Source of the DNA: Podarcis cretensis
Taxonomy: Eukaryota
DNA: 64,000 nt
Assembly: GCA_951804945.1 (NCBI GenBank)
Contig: OX638150.1
Coordinates: 50,406,001-50,470,000, forward strand
Reading direction: 5' to 3'
Shown here: piece by piece, positions 1 through 12,544 of the stretch
Layout: the number at the start of each line of letters is the position of its first letter
Numbering within the stretch: the first letter of the stretch is position 1
The notes under the pieces: generated by a model
The model's input: the letters and a program-made list of their open reading frames with translations, nothing else
Database searches by the model: none
What the model was told of the DNA's origin: nothing
Made by a program: the position numbers and the translations under genes

Positions 1-739
1 ATTGTACAGTGTGCCAGGTTTTAAGTATATGATTCCCCTTCAAAAGGAATAGCTTTGAAAGCATGCATTTCAACACAATTATATTACTCATCTTTTCCTT
101 CCTAAATACTAGTTCAAAAAAAGATTCTGCTTTATGGCACACCATTAGACTGACCGCCTGGTGCACAAAAACTGTGGCAGTCACTTAGCTGAACCTCTCA
201 CATAAGCCAGGCAATCTCTATCAGCTTCTACCCCTGGCATTTGAGAAGCACATATCCATTTATTGCTTTGCATCTTCTAGACAGGGCTGATCAACTTCTA
301 ATTGAAGTGTCTGACCTCTCCTCTGCACTCCTGTTCAGATCTTCTGCTTTATATGCATCAGTCTTCTGTCTGTGAAATGCATTTATTAGATTTCCTTTTA
401 CCATGATTTAGAAATGAAGAGAGCTTACTGAGAATGGTGCAGTCAGTGCTTCTGTACAGTAGCTTAACATGTGGCTGTTAGTTCCATGAAATGAAGAGCT
501 AGGGTGTTTGTCACAGATCACACGTAGGAACATAAAATCTAGGAGGCATTGTTACAAACTCCTGCAAAAATCAGTGCTGGCATTTCAGTTTATCACCACA
601 GCATCCAACATACAGTATTTGCTTTTTCATTGGGATTCATTGTTTTTCAGTTTATGCCCTATAGAAAATGGACCATGAGAAGAAACAGATCACCCTGAAC
701 ACTTGCTATAGATGGGAAGAGTTTTGAAGAATGACCAAC

Positions 740-3700
740 ACTTGTCAATAAAACACTGTTTTATTCAACAGGAAATCATGTCCTCCAAATATGTAAGATG
801 AAGGAGTCTGCACTTGTTCACAATAATATAATTCAGCCAAGCTTACATATGAGCTCTCAGTGGCACAAATCCCAGACCCACCCAATTTTTAATGAAATCT
901 GGTTTTCAGATTATTGGACACAGTATACACTTTAAAAAACCATATAGGTAGTTTTTAGACATTCATCCAGCCAGTGCTTTTTTTCCTTAAAAAAATGTTT
1001 AGGGGTACTCTCATTTTCCTACTCATATTGAAATACTGCCCCTCAATGAGGCCAAACTTAGATTCACAAAATGTTTAGGGGTATGTGTACCTCCAGAAAA
1101 AAGCACTGCATGCAGCCATGTAATAGCTGCATTATCCGCAAGCAGGGCTGCTTGGGTGGGTCTTTCTCCTGGAATCTATACCTGCTCCTGGAATGGTGCT
1201 CTTTCCATGAGAAAGATGCAAGCAAGTATTGCCTCTTCACATGGCTTGGTCATTTCAACGTTACCCCAGTCACATAGGAGCTTCTTGTGAATAAGTGGCT
1301 CCCATGTGGTGGAGAGGAAGAAGAATATTTCAATGAAAGGTGAGGATGGCTGGATTTCCTGATGAAAGCAATCTGCTGGCTGGCATCTGACATAGACACG
1401 GTGCAGGGCAGCAGAATAAAGGCTAACTTCCAGAATTGCCCATAGAGGTGGAGGAGAAGGCAAAGGATGATTCGTAATGTGGTGGTAGTGGCAGCTTCTC
1501 CTCAAAAGCAAAACAGCATGGGCTGGCCTTGTGGGGGGTGGAGAGTAAGGTTAAAATGTAAATTTGGCAGCTGATATGTCATTGTTCCAGGTTTTCTAGT
1601 TTTTGCGGAGCAGGACAAGTATGAAAGAAGTGAATCACTCAGTCTCAACACAGGGCCACACGGGTGGCCCATTTTAGCTCCTCTGGCTTTACAACACTGG
1701 TGAGATCATGCAGTCTAGTTTTCTCCAGGGTTCATAAAGCTCATGCCCCTGCTCACTTCCCTTTGGGTATGGCAGCACACAGCAGCGAGCATGCAAAATA
1801 TCCAAAGGATTTCTCCCCGCCCCCAGCTGGGTTACGCTAATCTGTAAAGCTAGTTGCACAGGCTGGTTAGAGCCTACCCAGCAGAATGAAGTACGCTTTG
1901 CACATGTGTACAGCAGAGACTGGGCACACTAAAATAGCACTCTAAATCCCCATAGTTTGGGGCCAGCTGCACAAGCAACAAGAGGCTGCAGAGCAACACC
2001 AGGGTAAAAAGCCATAGGCTCATCCTCTCAACAAGAGTAGACCAATGAAATGTCATTTGAATTGCGTTTGTTTTGTTATAAAAGCTGTCTTTTCCTTCTT
2101 CTTTTAAAACAGTGAATAGCTGTCACATGGCAACAGAAAAATAAAAGTGTTTTTTAAATAAAAAACAAAAACAAAAAGCTAATGAAAATGTTTTAGCTCC
2201 TAAACTCAGAAGACATCCATGGGGAAATAAAAATTCCCTTAAAATAATAATAAATAATATTTTTCTCCTATACACTTAAAAAAAACCCTGTACATAATTA
2301 CACAATGTAACAAAATACCTGTTGTCCAGAGCAAGGTTATCATCTTTAGGTTAGATCTTCAGTGAAGGAAAATACAAATCCATGCTTGGATCTGCACATT
2401 TCTCATGATGTGAAAATCAAACTCCCAGAGTCCTTCGGTCTACAGCAAAGCTGATAAACATAACATGCAAAGAAAAGCAGAGCTACCACTAATAAGGAAG
2501 GCAGTAACATCTGCATGCAGGAAACTGCTGACATAAGCATGGCTGACATCCTTTTGAGGGACAGTTGCACAGGGAAAATATCTGAAGTTCCAATAAAGCA
2601 TTAGAAAAGAAGAAAAACCCTGCAAAGGTGCTAGGGGTCTCAAACCAGGACCTCCAGCAGGCTCCAACATCTTGCCACCAAGGCAGCATCTCTACTGAAG
2701 GAGTTGTGGGTACCACATAAACAGCATTACCGGTCCCACCAGCTGACACAGCACCCAGGCAGCTGTCCCAGCCTAGGGAGCCAATGAAGCTTTGCCTGGC
2801 TCAATACAGCCTTAGTCCTGGGACCTCCTCATCATTCTGAACAACCCGTCTCCTACCAAGATGGCCATTCCAGAATGCATATTTACTTGTCCCACCCTTC
2901 TCACATAAGCAGCAGCTGTTGGCACTGCAACTGCCTCTAGTGCCTTCTTCCCTGTCTTACATTATGTACCTGGATTCCCACCTGGGTGCCTGCCTACTCC
3001 CTAACTGAGGGCTCTGCTCCTGTTACTGCCTGGGGTCATCAGCAAATACTGATAAACCCTAAGACACACAAGTAGCTACTTCACACAGTCCCTGAGCCAC
3101 AGAGCCAGCTTTTGGCAAAATGGGGCAAGTAAATGAGTCAATCAGTTTTCCAAACACATTCTTCAGCTATAAAGGGTGGTCAAATGTACACGCACATCAA
3201 GATGGCACTTAGTGAACTATTACAGGTGAGTTATTCCTTTCTTAAGGGTTCTGCCTCCTGGCCCATTCTTCCTTCGTAGCAGCACTGCCCAAAGTTTGTC
3301 CAGATTAAGATCTCATTGACAACATGTGAGGGGGCAGATGGAGACATCTTAGTGATAGAATCTGTGACTGTTCATCGTTTAATCTTCACATTGTGCACAG
3401 TAGATCAGTTTGGTGGGAGCTGCAGGACTTCATACCGCAATAAGTTCCATATCCCTAGGCCACAACATAGTTCTCTTTGGGCTATTCATGCTCCTCAACT
3501 TATTTTGGCCAGGAGACATACTAGGGTGGGGGAACATGCATAGCGTGACTGCCACTTTTCTTCTTGCACAGCTGGGGGAGTACATTTCTTGAGTAAAAGC
3601 TCACAATTAAAAACAGCTGAGAAAAATAGTATCAGTTCCTTGTTTCTTTTTGGTTAAGCAAAAGTGTGGTTTGATATTAGCACTTCAAGTCAAATTCTGG

Positions 3701-4064
3701 GAGAAGATTCATATTGTTGCCACATAGCAATACAAAAGAGAGACAGAGAGATGTGTACGGACACATCTGTTGAAGCAAATGCAAGAACCATCAAGCATGT
3801 TGCTTACTGTTTGCGCATCACATGCAAAGCACTATGACTTTTCCAGGCATCACTCCGCAGCAACAAAAAAAGGACCTCCTTCCTCCTCTCTGCAGACTAC
3901 CTAATCCTTCCGGTTGGTAAGCACGTCCTTGCTGTTGCTGCTGATGTCAAATCAGTACAGGAGAGCACTATGGCAATGCAGACAACATTGATCTGGCAAT
4001 AGGTTCTTGGTGTGCCATCATCTTGCAACTGTCCTGCATGGCAGATCACATTCTGGGACCTTAG
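740..4064 (-). other. HTR4: Putative HTR4(a) 3'UTR (distal end uncertain; candidate minus-strand AATAAA at 760-765)
   Basis: Directly follows the (a) stop codon and is largely free of recognisable transposons, with AU-rich blocks at about 2050-2330. The end point is inferred only from a polyA hexamer. Confidence 0.4.
972..1108. mobile_element. Non-autonomous hAT-type MITE
   Basis: Terminal inverted repeats CAGTGCTTTTTT...AAAAAAGCACTG. 8-bp flanks CATCCAGC/CATGCAGC (7/8 match). Internal direct repeat AAAATGTTTAGGGGTA. Confidence 0.8.
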
Positions 4065-4152
4065 TCAGAAGCAGGACTCTTGGGATTCTGGGTCATTATG
4101 GATCGGAAGCTTGTCATGTTCCTGGGGTTGCCCATTGTACAAGACTGTATAC
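4065..4152 (-). CDS. HTR4: HTR4 terminal exon, (a)-type C-terminus (R)YTVLYNGQPQEHDKLPIHNDPESQESCF*
   Basis: cttcctccttttctgtag|G TAT ACA GTC TTG TAC AAT GGG...GAG TCC TGC TTC TGA. Matches mammalian 5-HT4(a) YTVLHRGHHQELEKLPIHNDPESLESCF, including the PDZ-ligand end SCF. Phase 2 is compatible with the 58324 donor. Confidence 0.96.
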
Positions 4153-5759
4153 CTACAGAAAAGGAGGAAGGGAGGGAAAGACCACATTAGAACAAGTGCA
4201 AGGAATGCCAGGGGTGGGGAGAGCCTTTCTGAAATGCCTAAGCAGGGTGTCTCTTAACAAGTTACATTTTTGGGAGGGGGGGGGGAGAGCCATGACTGGT
4301 TAAAGCGACATAAGAGTGTTTTAAATGTATCATGTGGTTGTGACATAAGAACATGTACACTAAACTACTTGGCTGTGGAGAATGACTTTAATTTGAAATG
4401 TAGTGACTAAAAGGAAAACCAAGTATTTCTAGTTATCCTGCATCATTTGGATACACAATTATCAGACGCAGTTAGCTGTACAGATTAGCAAAAATCTTTA
4501 TCCTATTTAGTACAAACACAAACTTCCACTCTCTCCTGTATAGATAACTTGTGGACACATCACCTCAAAGGCCATATGTTGTGGGAAGAGGCTCCAAACT
4601 GAGCCCAGAGTTCTACAACTGCACCAACACATCATAACATGCTGATTTTCTATTGGGAAGGAGGTAGCAATCAGGCTTAATCTAGACACCTCTTTCTGCT
4701 ATCAGTACACAAACCAAGATGGAAGTAGTGCAGTGTTGAACCTCTATTTTTGGGTGGTTGGAGAGAAAAGCACCCAAACAGGACAGGTAATCACCAGCCA
4801 CACAGATACATCACTTATGAGTTAAAAAAGAGAGGGAGGGAATGGCTTAAAGGCATATGGGTACTTTCTGCTAACCTGTAGGTAAAAACTTAACTAAGGA
4901 TACTTCAGGTTTTAACTAGATAGTCTCCTACCCCACTTCCGAATTCGAACTGGGGCCCTGGGGAAGCTTATGGGACAGAAGGTGCAAGGTATAATTTAAA
5001 AAAGAAATCAAGAAAAAAAGTTGGTGTCAAGTATTATGGCTCGAGAATCTTCTTGGCTCACATTTTCTTAAGGTACAAATATACAACTGTAGAAATCAGT
5101 TCCACCTGGCTGCTGCAATTTTAAATAACATCCACTGTTTTTCACACTTCCCATCTCGCTAAACCCTCTTTCCCTTGGTTATATGAAAAAGAGAAAGTAA
5201 ATAATCCCCAATTCTAATGATTCAGGCTTACAGTTAGCAATTGCTTAGGAGCCCAGACTAGGCTATTTTAGTAGATGTGTTGCCTTGAAATAAGCCTTCC
5301 ACCATCTGTTCAGCTCTATAATTACAAATGCAAACAACATAATTCACAATTGCATCATAAGAACACAAAGCAGAGAGATTAGGATGACTATGTTTGTTAT
5401 TGCATGCTGTGAAGCATCTGTTTCTCTATCATTTTAGGGCACAGGTGGGAAGCAAGCCCTGTTGAGAATAGCCTCTGTTTTTTATGACCAGTCAGTAGAT
5501 CACACTAGAAGGTTTATATGTAGAAGTAGTTGCTGGAAGCAGCTGATTTGACACAATCATATGCACATCAGTTAGTGAACATGAGGCACTTTAAGACTTG
5601 TACAGTACATCTAGGAACATGGCTCATCTGTTCCTTCAGAGGGAGTCTAACCCCATCCAAGGGAATCACCCACTAACAGCACCTCAGTCTTATCCAGATA
5701 AAGATTCAGTTTATTGGCTCTCATCCAGTTCATTACTGATGCCAAACATTGGCCTAGCA

Positions 5760-5895
5760 CAGGCATAGGCAAACTCAGTCCTCCAGATGTTTTGGGACTA
5801 CAACTCCCATCATCCCTAGCTAACAGAACCAGTGGTCAGGGATGATGGGAATTGTAGTCTCAAAACATCCAGAGGGCTGAGTTTGCCTATGCCTG
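5760..5895. mobile_element. Palindromic hAT-type MITE (CAGGCATAGGCAAACT family)
   Basis: Near-perfect fold-back with TIR CAGGCATAGGCAAACTC and perfect 8-bp TSD GCCTAGCA. Confidence 0.9.
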
Positions 5896-6029
5896 GCCTA
5901 GCATATCCAGTGCCGCACCTGCAGGTGTAAAGGAGAAACAGAGCCACGTATTATCAACATACTGCTGACAATTATTTTTATGCTGATGCTGCTTTTCTTA
6001 CCAAATAACTTGAAGTGACTCACATTAAA

Positions 6030-6240
6030 ACAAAATTAAAAACAATAGAAGCCTATAAACACAGCAATACAATTAGAAGGGTAAAAAAAATGCACAACAA
6101 AGCCCTGCAGTGGCTTCATGTAGATGTTGAACAGCACTGAGCCCTGTGGCAACCCCACATTGAAAGCAGCATGGAGCCGAACAACCCCAGGTACCCTCTG
6201 GAAATAGCCATCCAAGCAGGAAGAATCACAAAAGGGAACT
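6030..6240 (-). mobile_element. Decayed L2/CR1-clade LINE RT fragment
   Basis: ORF 6036..6269 contains NVGLPQGSVLFNIYMKPL, a remnant of the RT motif GVPQGSVLxPxLFNIYMxPL. Confidence 0.6.
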
Positions 6241-6953
6241 ACTTTGTGTGCAGAAGATCTCAGGTTCAATCATGCTTTAATCTTTTAAAAACTGAATTTC
6301 AGGATGTTTTAACCTAATCTCAACCCTCCACTGCCAAGTTATCTGAGAGCTCTCTTTTTACCTGTAGTCCCAAGTTCTATGATCTACAAGGTTTTGGAGA
6401 AGAGAAAGACACATTTATTATGAAAAGAAAATGTACGCTTTGACTTCCTCCGCTCTGTTATGAGAAAGCAAACCTTTATTAAATATATTTCCTCATCTTC
6501 TTCCGCTGCTGAAAGTTTACCGAACCTTTTAGTAAACCTTTGGCAGAAAAAAAGGAAGCAGAAGAACAGACATAATTAATATTAAGTCTTACTTTGTTGT
6601 GACAGAGTAGAGGAAATAAAAATGTACTGCTTTTAATAAATCTCTCTCCCCACCCCCCTCCTCCTCTTGAACCAGAGCAGCCTGAGACTAGTGTTTTTGC
6701 AGAGTGTACTGTGGAATGCGTGGACCTGCTGAAGTATGTGACTCATAGGAGTCTAAGAACACTTTCAAAAATTGTCAGAAATAATTTAGCCACATGGGCT
6801 TTAAAAACTGGACAAAAGAGAAGCGTGAAGAATCATTTTGCAACACTTTCCTCTCACAGTTTCTTCTCTAGCTCAGTCTTAGGCATAAGGCCTCTCCACC
6901 CCAAAAATTAAAAACCTGTGTGCATGCACGGGGAAGCAAATCTCTGTATGCAT

Positions 6954-7206
6954 GAAGAAGAAGAAGAGTTTGGATTTGATATCCTGCTTTATCACTACCT
7001 GAAGGAGTCTCAAAGCGGCTAACATTCTCCTTTCCCTTCCCCCCCCCACAACAAACACTCTGTGAGGTGAGTGGGGCTGAGAGACTTCAAAGAAGTGTGA
7101 CTAGCCCAAGGTCACCCAGCAGCTGCATGTGGAGGAGCGGAGACGCGAACCCGGTTCCCCAGATTACGAGACTACCGCTTTTAACCACTACACCACACTG
7201 GCTCTC
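6954..7206 (-). mobile_element. tRNA-derived SINE (Squam3-like) with (CTT)n tail
   Basis: Minus strand begins GAGAGCCAGTGTGGTGTAGTGGTTAA (A box)...GGTTCGCGTCTCC (B box), continues through a CORE-like GGGTGACCTTGGGCTAGTCAC, and ends in a CTT repeat. Confidence 0.8.
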
Positions 7207-8289
7207 CACACTGGCATGACCACAGTTGACCTCAGTCTTGAGATTGAAACCCAGGATTCAGTCATAATGATGCATTATTGATAATAGGATGTTGAGGGAG
7301 AAGACTAGAAGGGAGGAGTACTCAGATCCATGGGACATAGAGTCAGGTAATTTTTTAAAAACAAAGTACAATCTATTTTTTAGATTTAAAAATAAAGCCA
7401 GGAGCCAATAATTACAGGGAAAGTTAGCTAAATTCAGCTTTTTTTAAAAGTCTTGCTCACAATTCTAAGACGTAGTACCAAGATAGAATTTTAGGAAGCA
7501 GTAACTTTAGCATCACTTACAGGACACAGTCAAAACCATGATGGTTCAAAGGGCTATTTTGCGTAGTCTTTTATTCATCTACTCTTTTTCCATTACCTAA
7601 TGCAGTCGTTAAATCTGCTTTTCAGAGGGTCAGAGATTACTTAGTAGTTTATCTTGCCTTACTTTATCCCAGAAACGGAAATAGCTATGGAATTACGGCT
7701 GTTACTCTACAGTCTTGAGACATTTCAGCAATCGACAACAGAAATAGTTCTTTCCGGAGTTGCTTTATTTTAAAAATGAGACAATCTTCCCATAGCTCTA
7801 AATTGCTGCAGCATAACAAAACCCCATAAGCATTAGAATACACTTCTGTCAATTCCACATACTTTGTGTCATCACAGATAGTTTGATGCAGTATTAGTTA
7901 TAGCATGAAGCTGATTTCAAATATAGAAGTTTTTATGAGAATTTCTCAGAGCTCACAACCTCCTGTTGAGCATGAATCATCACAGAAAGCTCTCTTTGGG
8001 AAATAGCAACACGATCAAGCTCTGACGACTACCACTTCTGGTTTCTGTTATTTCTTGTGCTCACTTAACTCCCATCAAAGCAATAACATTCTGTGAGTCT
8101 GCAGTCCCTTAATGGTGTACAACCCACCCACCTCTCTACAGAGTTCAGTGGGGGGGAAGTTTCCACTGATCACCAGTAATTACTAGTTTGTGGTTCTGGT
8201 GCTGAGTCACCCAACAGCACATTTCGCCTTGTGTTCAAGGCAACTCCCGGCTGTTATATAGCAGCAGGCTGTGAACAGGAACTAGTCCA

Positions 8290-8427
8290 AAAGTAGTCAA
8301 CATAGTGCCCTCCAGTTGTTGTTCAGCTATAACTCCCATTCTCCCTGATCATGGGCCAAGCTGGGTGGAGCAGATGGGAAATGGAGCCCAACAACAACTG
8401 GAAGAGCACTATGTTGGCTATCCCTGA
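8290..8427. mobile_element. Degenerate palindromic hAT-type MITE
   Basis: Arms CAACATAGTGCCCTCCAGTTGTTGTT / AACAACAACTGGAAGAGCACTATGTTG; same architecture as the 5760 and 60846 elements. Confidence 0.6.
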
Positions 8428-8486
8428 TCTAATTCTTTAGAACCTCTTGACGATGTGCTTCAATTGATACCAGTGTCTTTCCCAGA

Positions 8487-8819
8487 AAGGGCTGGCCCTG
8501 CCATGAGGTAATGTGAGGCAACTGCCTCAGGTGGCAGGATCCTTGGGGGGCAGCAGATGTGGGCTCCAAGGAATGCATCGCCTGCTTCTGTTGCTGCCAC
8601 AACAGCTGTAGCACACTCCTTGGTGGCTGAATCTGCCACTTCCTCATTGCCCCCCACCCCTGGCGGCTCTACAGTGGCCTCTTGGTGAATAGGAGGTGCT
8701 GCTGGTTTCTTCCCACCCTTCTTCCTGATGTAGGTTTTCACCCACCCCTTCTTCCCTGGCAGAGGGGGATGCCATTTTGTGATTTGCCTCAGGTGTCAAA
8801 ATGTATTGGGCCAGTCCTG
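8487..8819. mobile_element. Probable non-autonomous DNA transposon
   Basis: Ends AGGGCTGGCCC...GGGCCAGTCCT form an imperfect inverted repeat; subterminal TGCCTCAGGTG occurs twice; GC-rich against AT-rich flanks. Confidence 0.45.
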
Positions 8820-11784
8820 TCTCCAGAGATTAGATTCAGAGTCATTCACAAGCACCCAACTGGCACTGTCCTAGTTATGTTCCTGTGAGGAACAGCTGTG
8901 TTTTTCAAGAATACATTCAGAACTCTTTTTACTCCAACAGACAAACAGGTTGGATCTCACCTCTTTGGGTGTGGGAGGATGAGGCCATAAGTACAAAGTG
9001 ACTGACTTACTCAGAAAAAGAAATGTTCAAAACTCATATGCTTATGTGAACCAAATAATCAAGCCCATCCTAACATTTGCAGTCTTAGGCTGGAACTAGG
9101 CATTTCAAATGACACAAGGTGGCTGCTGAAAAGGGCACAGTGAAAGCGTCCAGATGCTTCAGGAGGATATGAAGAGAGGGCGGATAGCCAGCTCTTTCAG
9201 AATGTGTTAAAAACCAGCTCTTTGCATATTTGCTGACAAGCGGGAAGAAAAGAAAACTGCTTTCGTAGTGGCTTACCCACTCAAAAGTGCCTTACCCACT
9301 CAAAAGGTGGGTGGGTGGGAAAGAACACACGTTTATATTCCTGGGGAAAATAGCCATTTTGTTTGTTTTTCTTGCTGAGTGAAAGTATACCATCACCTGA
9401 TGGGATTTAAAAGTGCCACAGTCTTTGTTCCTCAGGAAAATATCCTCAAGAGCAAATCTGTCTCAGTAGCTCACATTTCATTTGTAGGTTTTTATCAATG
9501 TTATTTGTAGGTTTTTATCAATACATTAGATTTGAACTTTCTCATTGTGGTCAATCTAACTTTTCCATCTTGGCCAACAATACTCAGCCTCCTGATCTTC
9601 CATAAATTTACAGAGTCTTTGTTGCTTATTTCCCAATTTTATATATTATTATTTTATTTCCTAATTTATTCTAAGAAATGGAACGTTAAAGATAACACTG
9701 ACAGTAATTTTTTGAACACGTGTGTCTAGTAGGACTTGACAAACCCTCCTCCACACACCCGTTTCCTTAAAATAAGGACAATGAGAGATATTCTGTTTCT
9801 TTCTTGGGGGGTAGGGGAGAAATTTATCTGAAATTTTCTGGGCCTAGTTGCCCCTGAACATATTGTGGTCTGCCAGGAAGTGTGGCCATCAGAAAGAGAG
9901 CCCTGTGCACAGAGTAGAACCTTTTTAAATTAAAGCAAAAAAAAAAAAAAAAAAAAAAGAGTGGTGAAGGTGAAGGAAAACCCTTTGCCACATTATAAGG
10001 CTAAGTAAGATAGCTGACAGCTCCCTCTCAGACATTTCAGACACTTCCTCCTACCCCGCCACACTCCTCACCACCTGAATAATCTTCTAGGATCCAAAGA
10101 ATGGACCAAAAACATAGTCTAGTAAGATGAACAGGAGAATTGAGTTAGGTCAGAGAAATCCTTGGAGACAGGGGGAAATAGAGGAGAGAAGAGAAAGAGA
10201 AATTTATGGCCAACTCTCCTTTTAGGCTAGTACTGTAATGGGTTTCTCCTCCGTGGGAGGCAACTGCCCTGAATGGAATATGAATCCCACTTGTCTAGTT
10301 TGGATGCTGCTCATGTCTAAGCAAAAAAACCCCACACAAACCCCAGCACTTGTGTGTCTGCTGAGGGACACGGCTTTGAAAGCTCATTTAAGTTGCTTAG
10401 TAGAGGTCAGGAACTTGCTGCTCTCACTGCATGCATCACAGTAATTATTATTTGAGCCGGGCAGTTTAAGCATGAAGGGAAAAGAGATTTCTCTGCACCC
10501 CCACTTGCTCTCTCACCTAGAGATGAAGCAGGGGGCTTCCACTGTCTTTTCCACTTCCTTAAAACTACATTTTTGTGGAGTGGTTCTGGCACTCCAACAC
10601 TGCCTTCTGCATCTTCAAGAAGGCTACTGAGCTGCAGCGTATGCTGTTTGTGCATAGCTCCTGTTCTTTCCAGTGCAGTGTGGAAAACTGTTCCCCTGAT
10701 TCTCCCCCTCTGCATTCCTTTTAATGGCACCTGCCAAGATACCATGTCTATGGCAGCTGTATGACTCCAATGCCCCTTCCCTGTGGAAATCAACATTCTC
10801 AGGTTAGGAGGCAACTGATCACTGAACACATACACCTACAGAAAGAGTGCTACCCTGACTCTTTTTTAAAAGTTGGGTGCTCTGGTCTGTGAAAAGATGG
10901 AAGAGCCACAGAGAAAACACAGATGGTCCACAACTGGGTGCACATTGTGGATGTCCTGCAAAATGTGGGGGGACCAAGCATGGCTGTTGTGGAGTGAAAG
11001 CCTTGCATGGAAAGCACTTCATCCAAGGCTATGAAATTATGATTTTTTAAATGGCACAATGTTAAGGATTCTGTTTCCAACAGTTTGTCTATAAAGAGAA
11101 TCCATTGTAGTAAGTTTTGTTATTGTTACTTTTTTTAACTGTGCAGAAAGTTCAGGAGTACTGAAGCAACCTCCTTCCCCCGCAAAGAAACTCGGTTCAA
11201 AACTTTGTTCCCTGATCATTTTAAATACAGCCCTAGGTCCTAACCCTAGACAGCTTTCCTGCCCTTATCGTTTTGTATCTGCATGAGGTTTTAATGCCAA
11301 ACCAACACCTACCCCTTCTCTCAGAAGCTGTGTTGTGTTTTGTTGCTGACAACTTTGTTCATCACATACTGATTGTTCACAGTCATCCCGTAATATCACA
11401 CCGCCAACCATTGTCACAGGCCTTGCTGCCAGAAGTGAAATAAAATACAGATTCATAACAAGCCTAATTAGGAGAGTAATAATAGGTTTTGTGCAGCCTT
11501 CTACTGCCTTAGAAATTACACCCTTTCCCTGGAGGAGGAATGTACCGCTACCCACATATGTAATGTGGAATAATCTCACAATATGTTTAGTTAAGCTAAA
11601 GCAAGCTGGTTTAATTCTGTAAATACTACATGTTATCAAAGAATACAACCAGGGTAAATAAACAACCTCAAAAATAAGAAGTATTATAAAACTGTCATAA
11701 CTAAGCTTTTCATTTCCTGAAAATTAAAACTCGTTTTGTAAAGTGTTTCCTGGATCTTTCTGCTACTGGTAAAGACTCTCCTCC

Positions 11785-12544
11785 TGCAAAGAGGGGAGGG
11801 GTTGTGGGCGGGATCCAATCTCCGCCTCAAGCAGGGGGCGTTAGCCCCCTGCCACCCACTTACATGGCTGGCGCACCACGCCCACGGGCAAGCGCCTAAC
11901 CAGGCGGCTTGAAGGGGGCGTGGACAGCAGCTTAACTTGTTGCTGCGCCAGCCATGCGGCCTCACTTTTTGCCATCCCATCGCGAGTCACCCACCCTCCA
12001 CTCCCTCAGAGCTCAGGGTTTCAATTTCTCTTTTGGCCTTGCTATGGACCTTAGGTTGGTCACCCAGGTTGTCCAGGGGGCCTGGTAGGAATTTTTCCAT
12101 TTGGCATTAGGCTTTGTGGTTTTTTCGCTTACCTCGTAGCAACCGTCACACCTTTCGTGGTATTGGTGGGTAGGTTAGGCATTGGAATGTGTTTGTGGCG
12201 GTGGAAGGGCTAGGTGTGGCCATCGCCTACGCCTTCAATTTTGGGTATTCCGTTAAAGGAATCCGGCGGTCGTGGATCCTGTCCCATGCCTGTGTGGCGG
12301 GGGGCCATGGCACGACCCTCGGTGACATCAGCGGAGAGCTTATAGTTGGATTAGCATCAACGGGCCCCACCTACTGGTGAATAAACTCCCCTGGAGTCAA
12401 GTCACATGATCCAATGCCTAAGCCAATACCTTTTCACTTGCTGTAATCAATAAAGTTGTGGCCTTTTCTTGTGACCCAATAACCTTATATTACGTGTCCT
12501 TGTCTCTTCATTTCACTAAGCGGGGATTGGGTCCTCGAACCACA
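11785..12544 (+). mobile_element. GC/CpG-rich LTR-like terminal repeat (solo LTR or DIRS/Ngaro-type repeat; class tentative)
   Basis: Sharp switch to GC/CpG-rich sequence, GC boxes (GGGCGG, GGGGCGTGG), AATAAA at 12449-12454 followed by a GT/T-rich tract, TG...CA ends. No TSD found. Confidence 0.6.

Noticed and set aside
10407-10835. 142-aa minus-strand ORF as a possible extra HTR4 exon
   Set aside because: No resemblance to known HTR4 tails or any domain I recognise, and no convincing splice signals.
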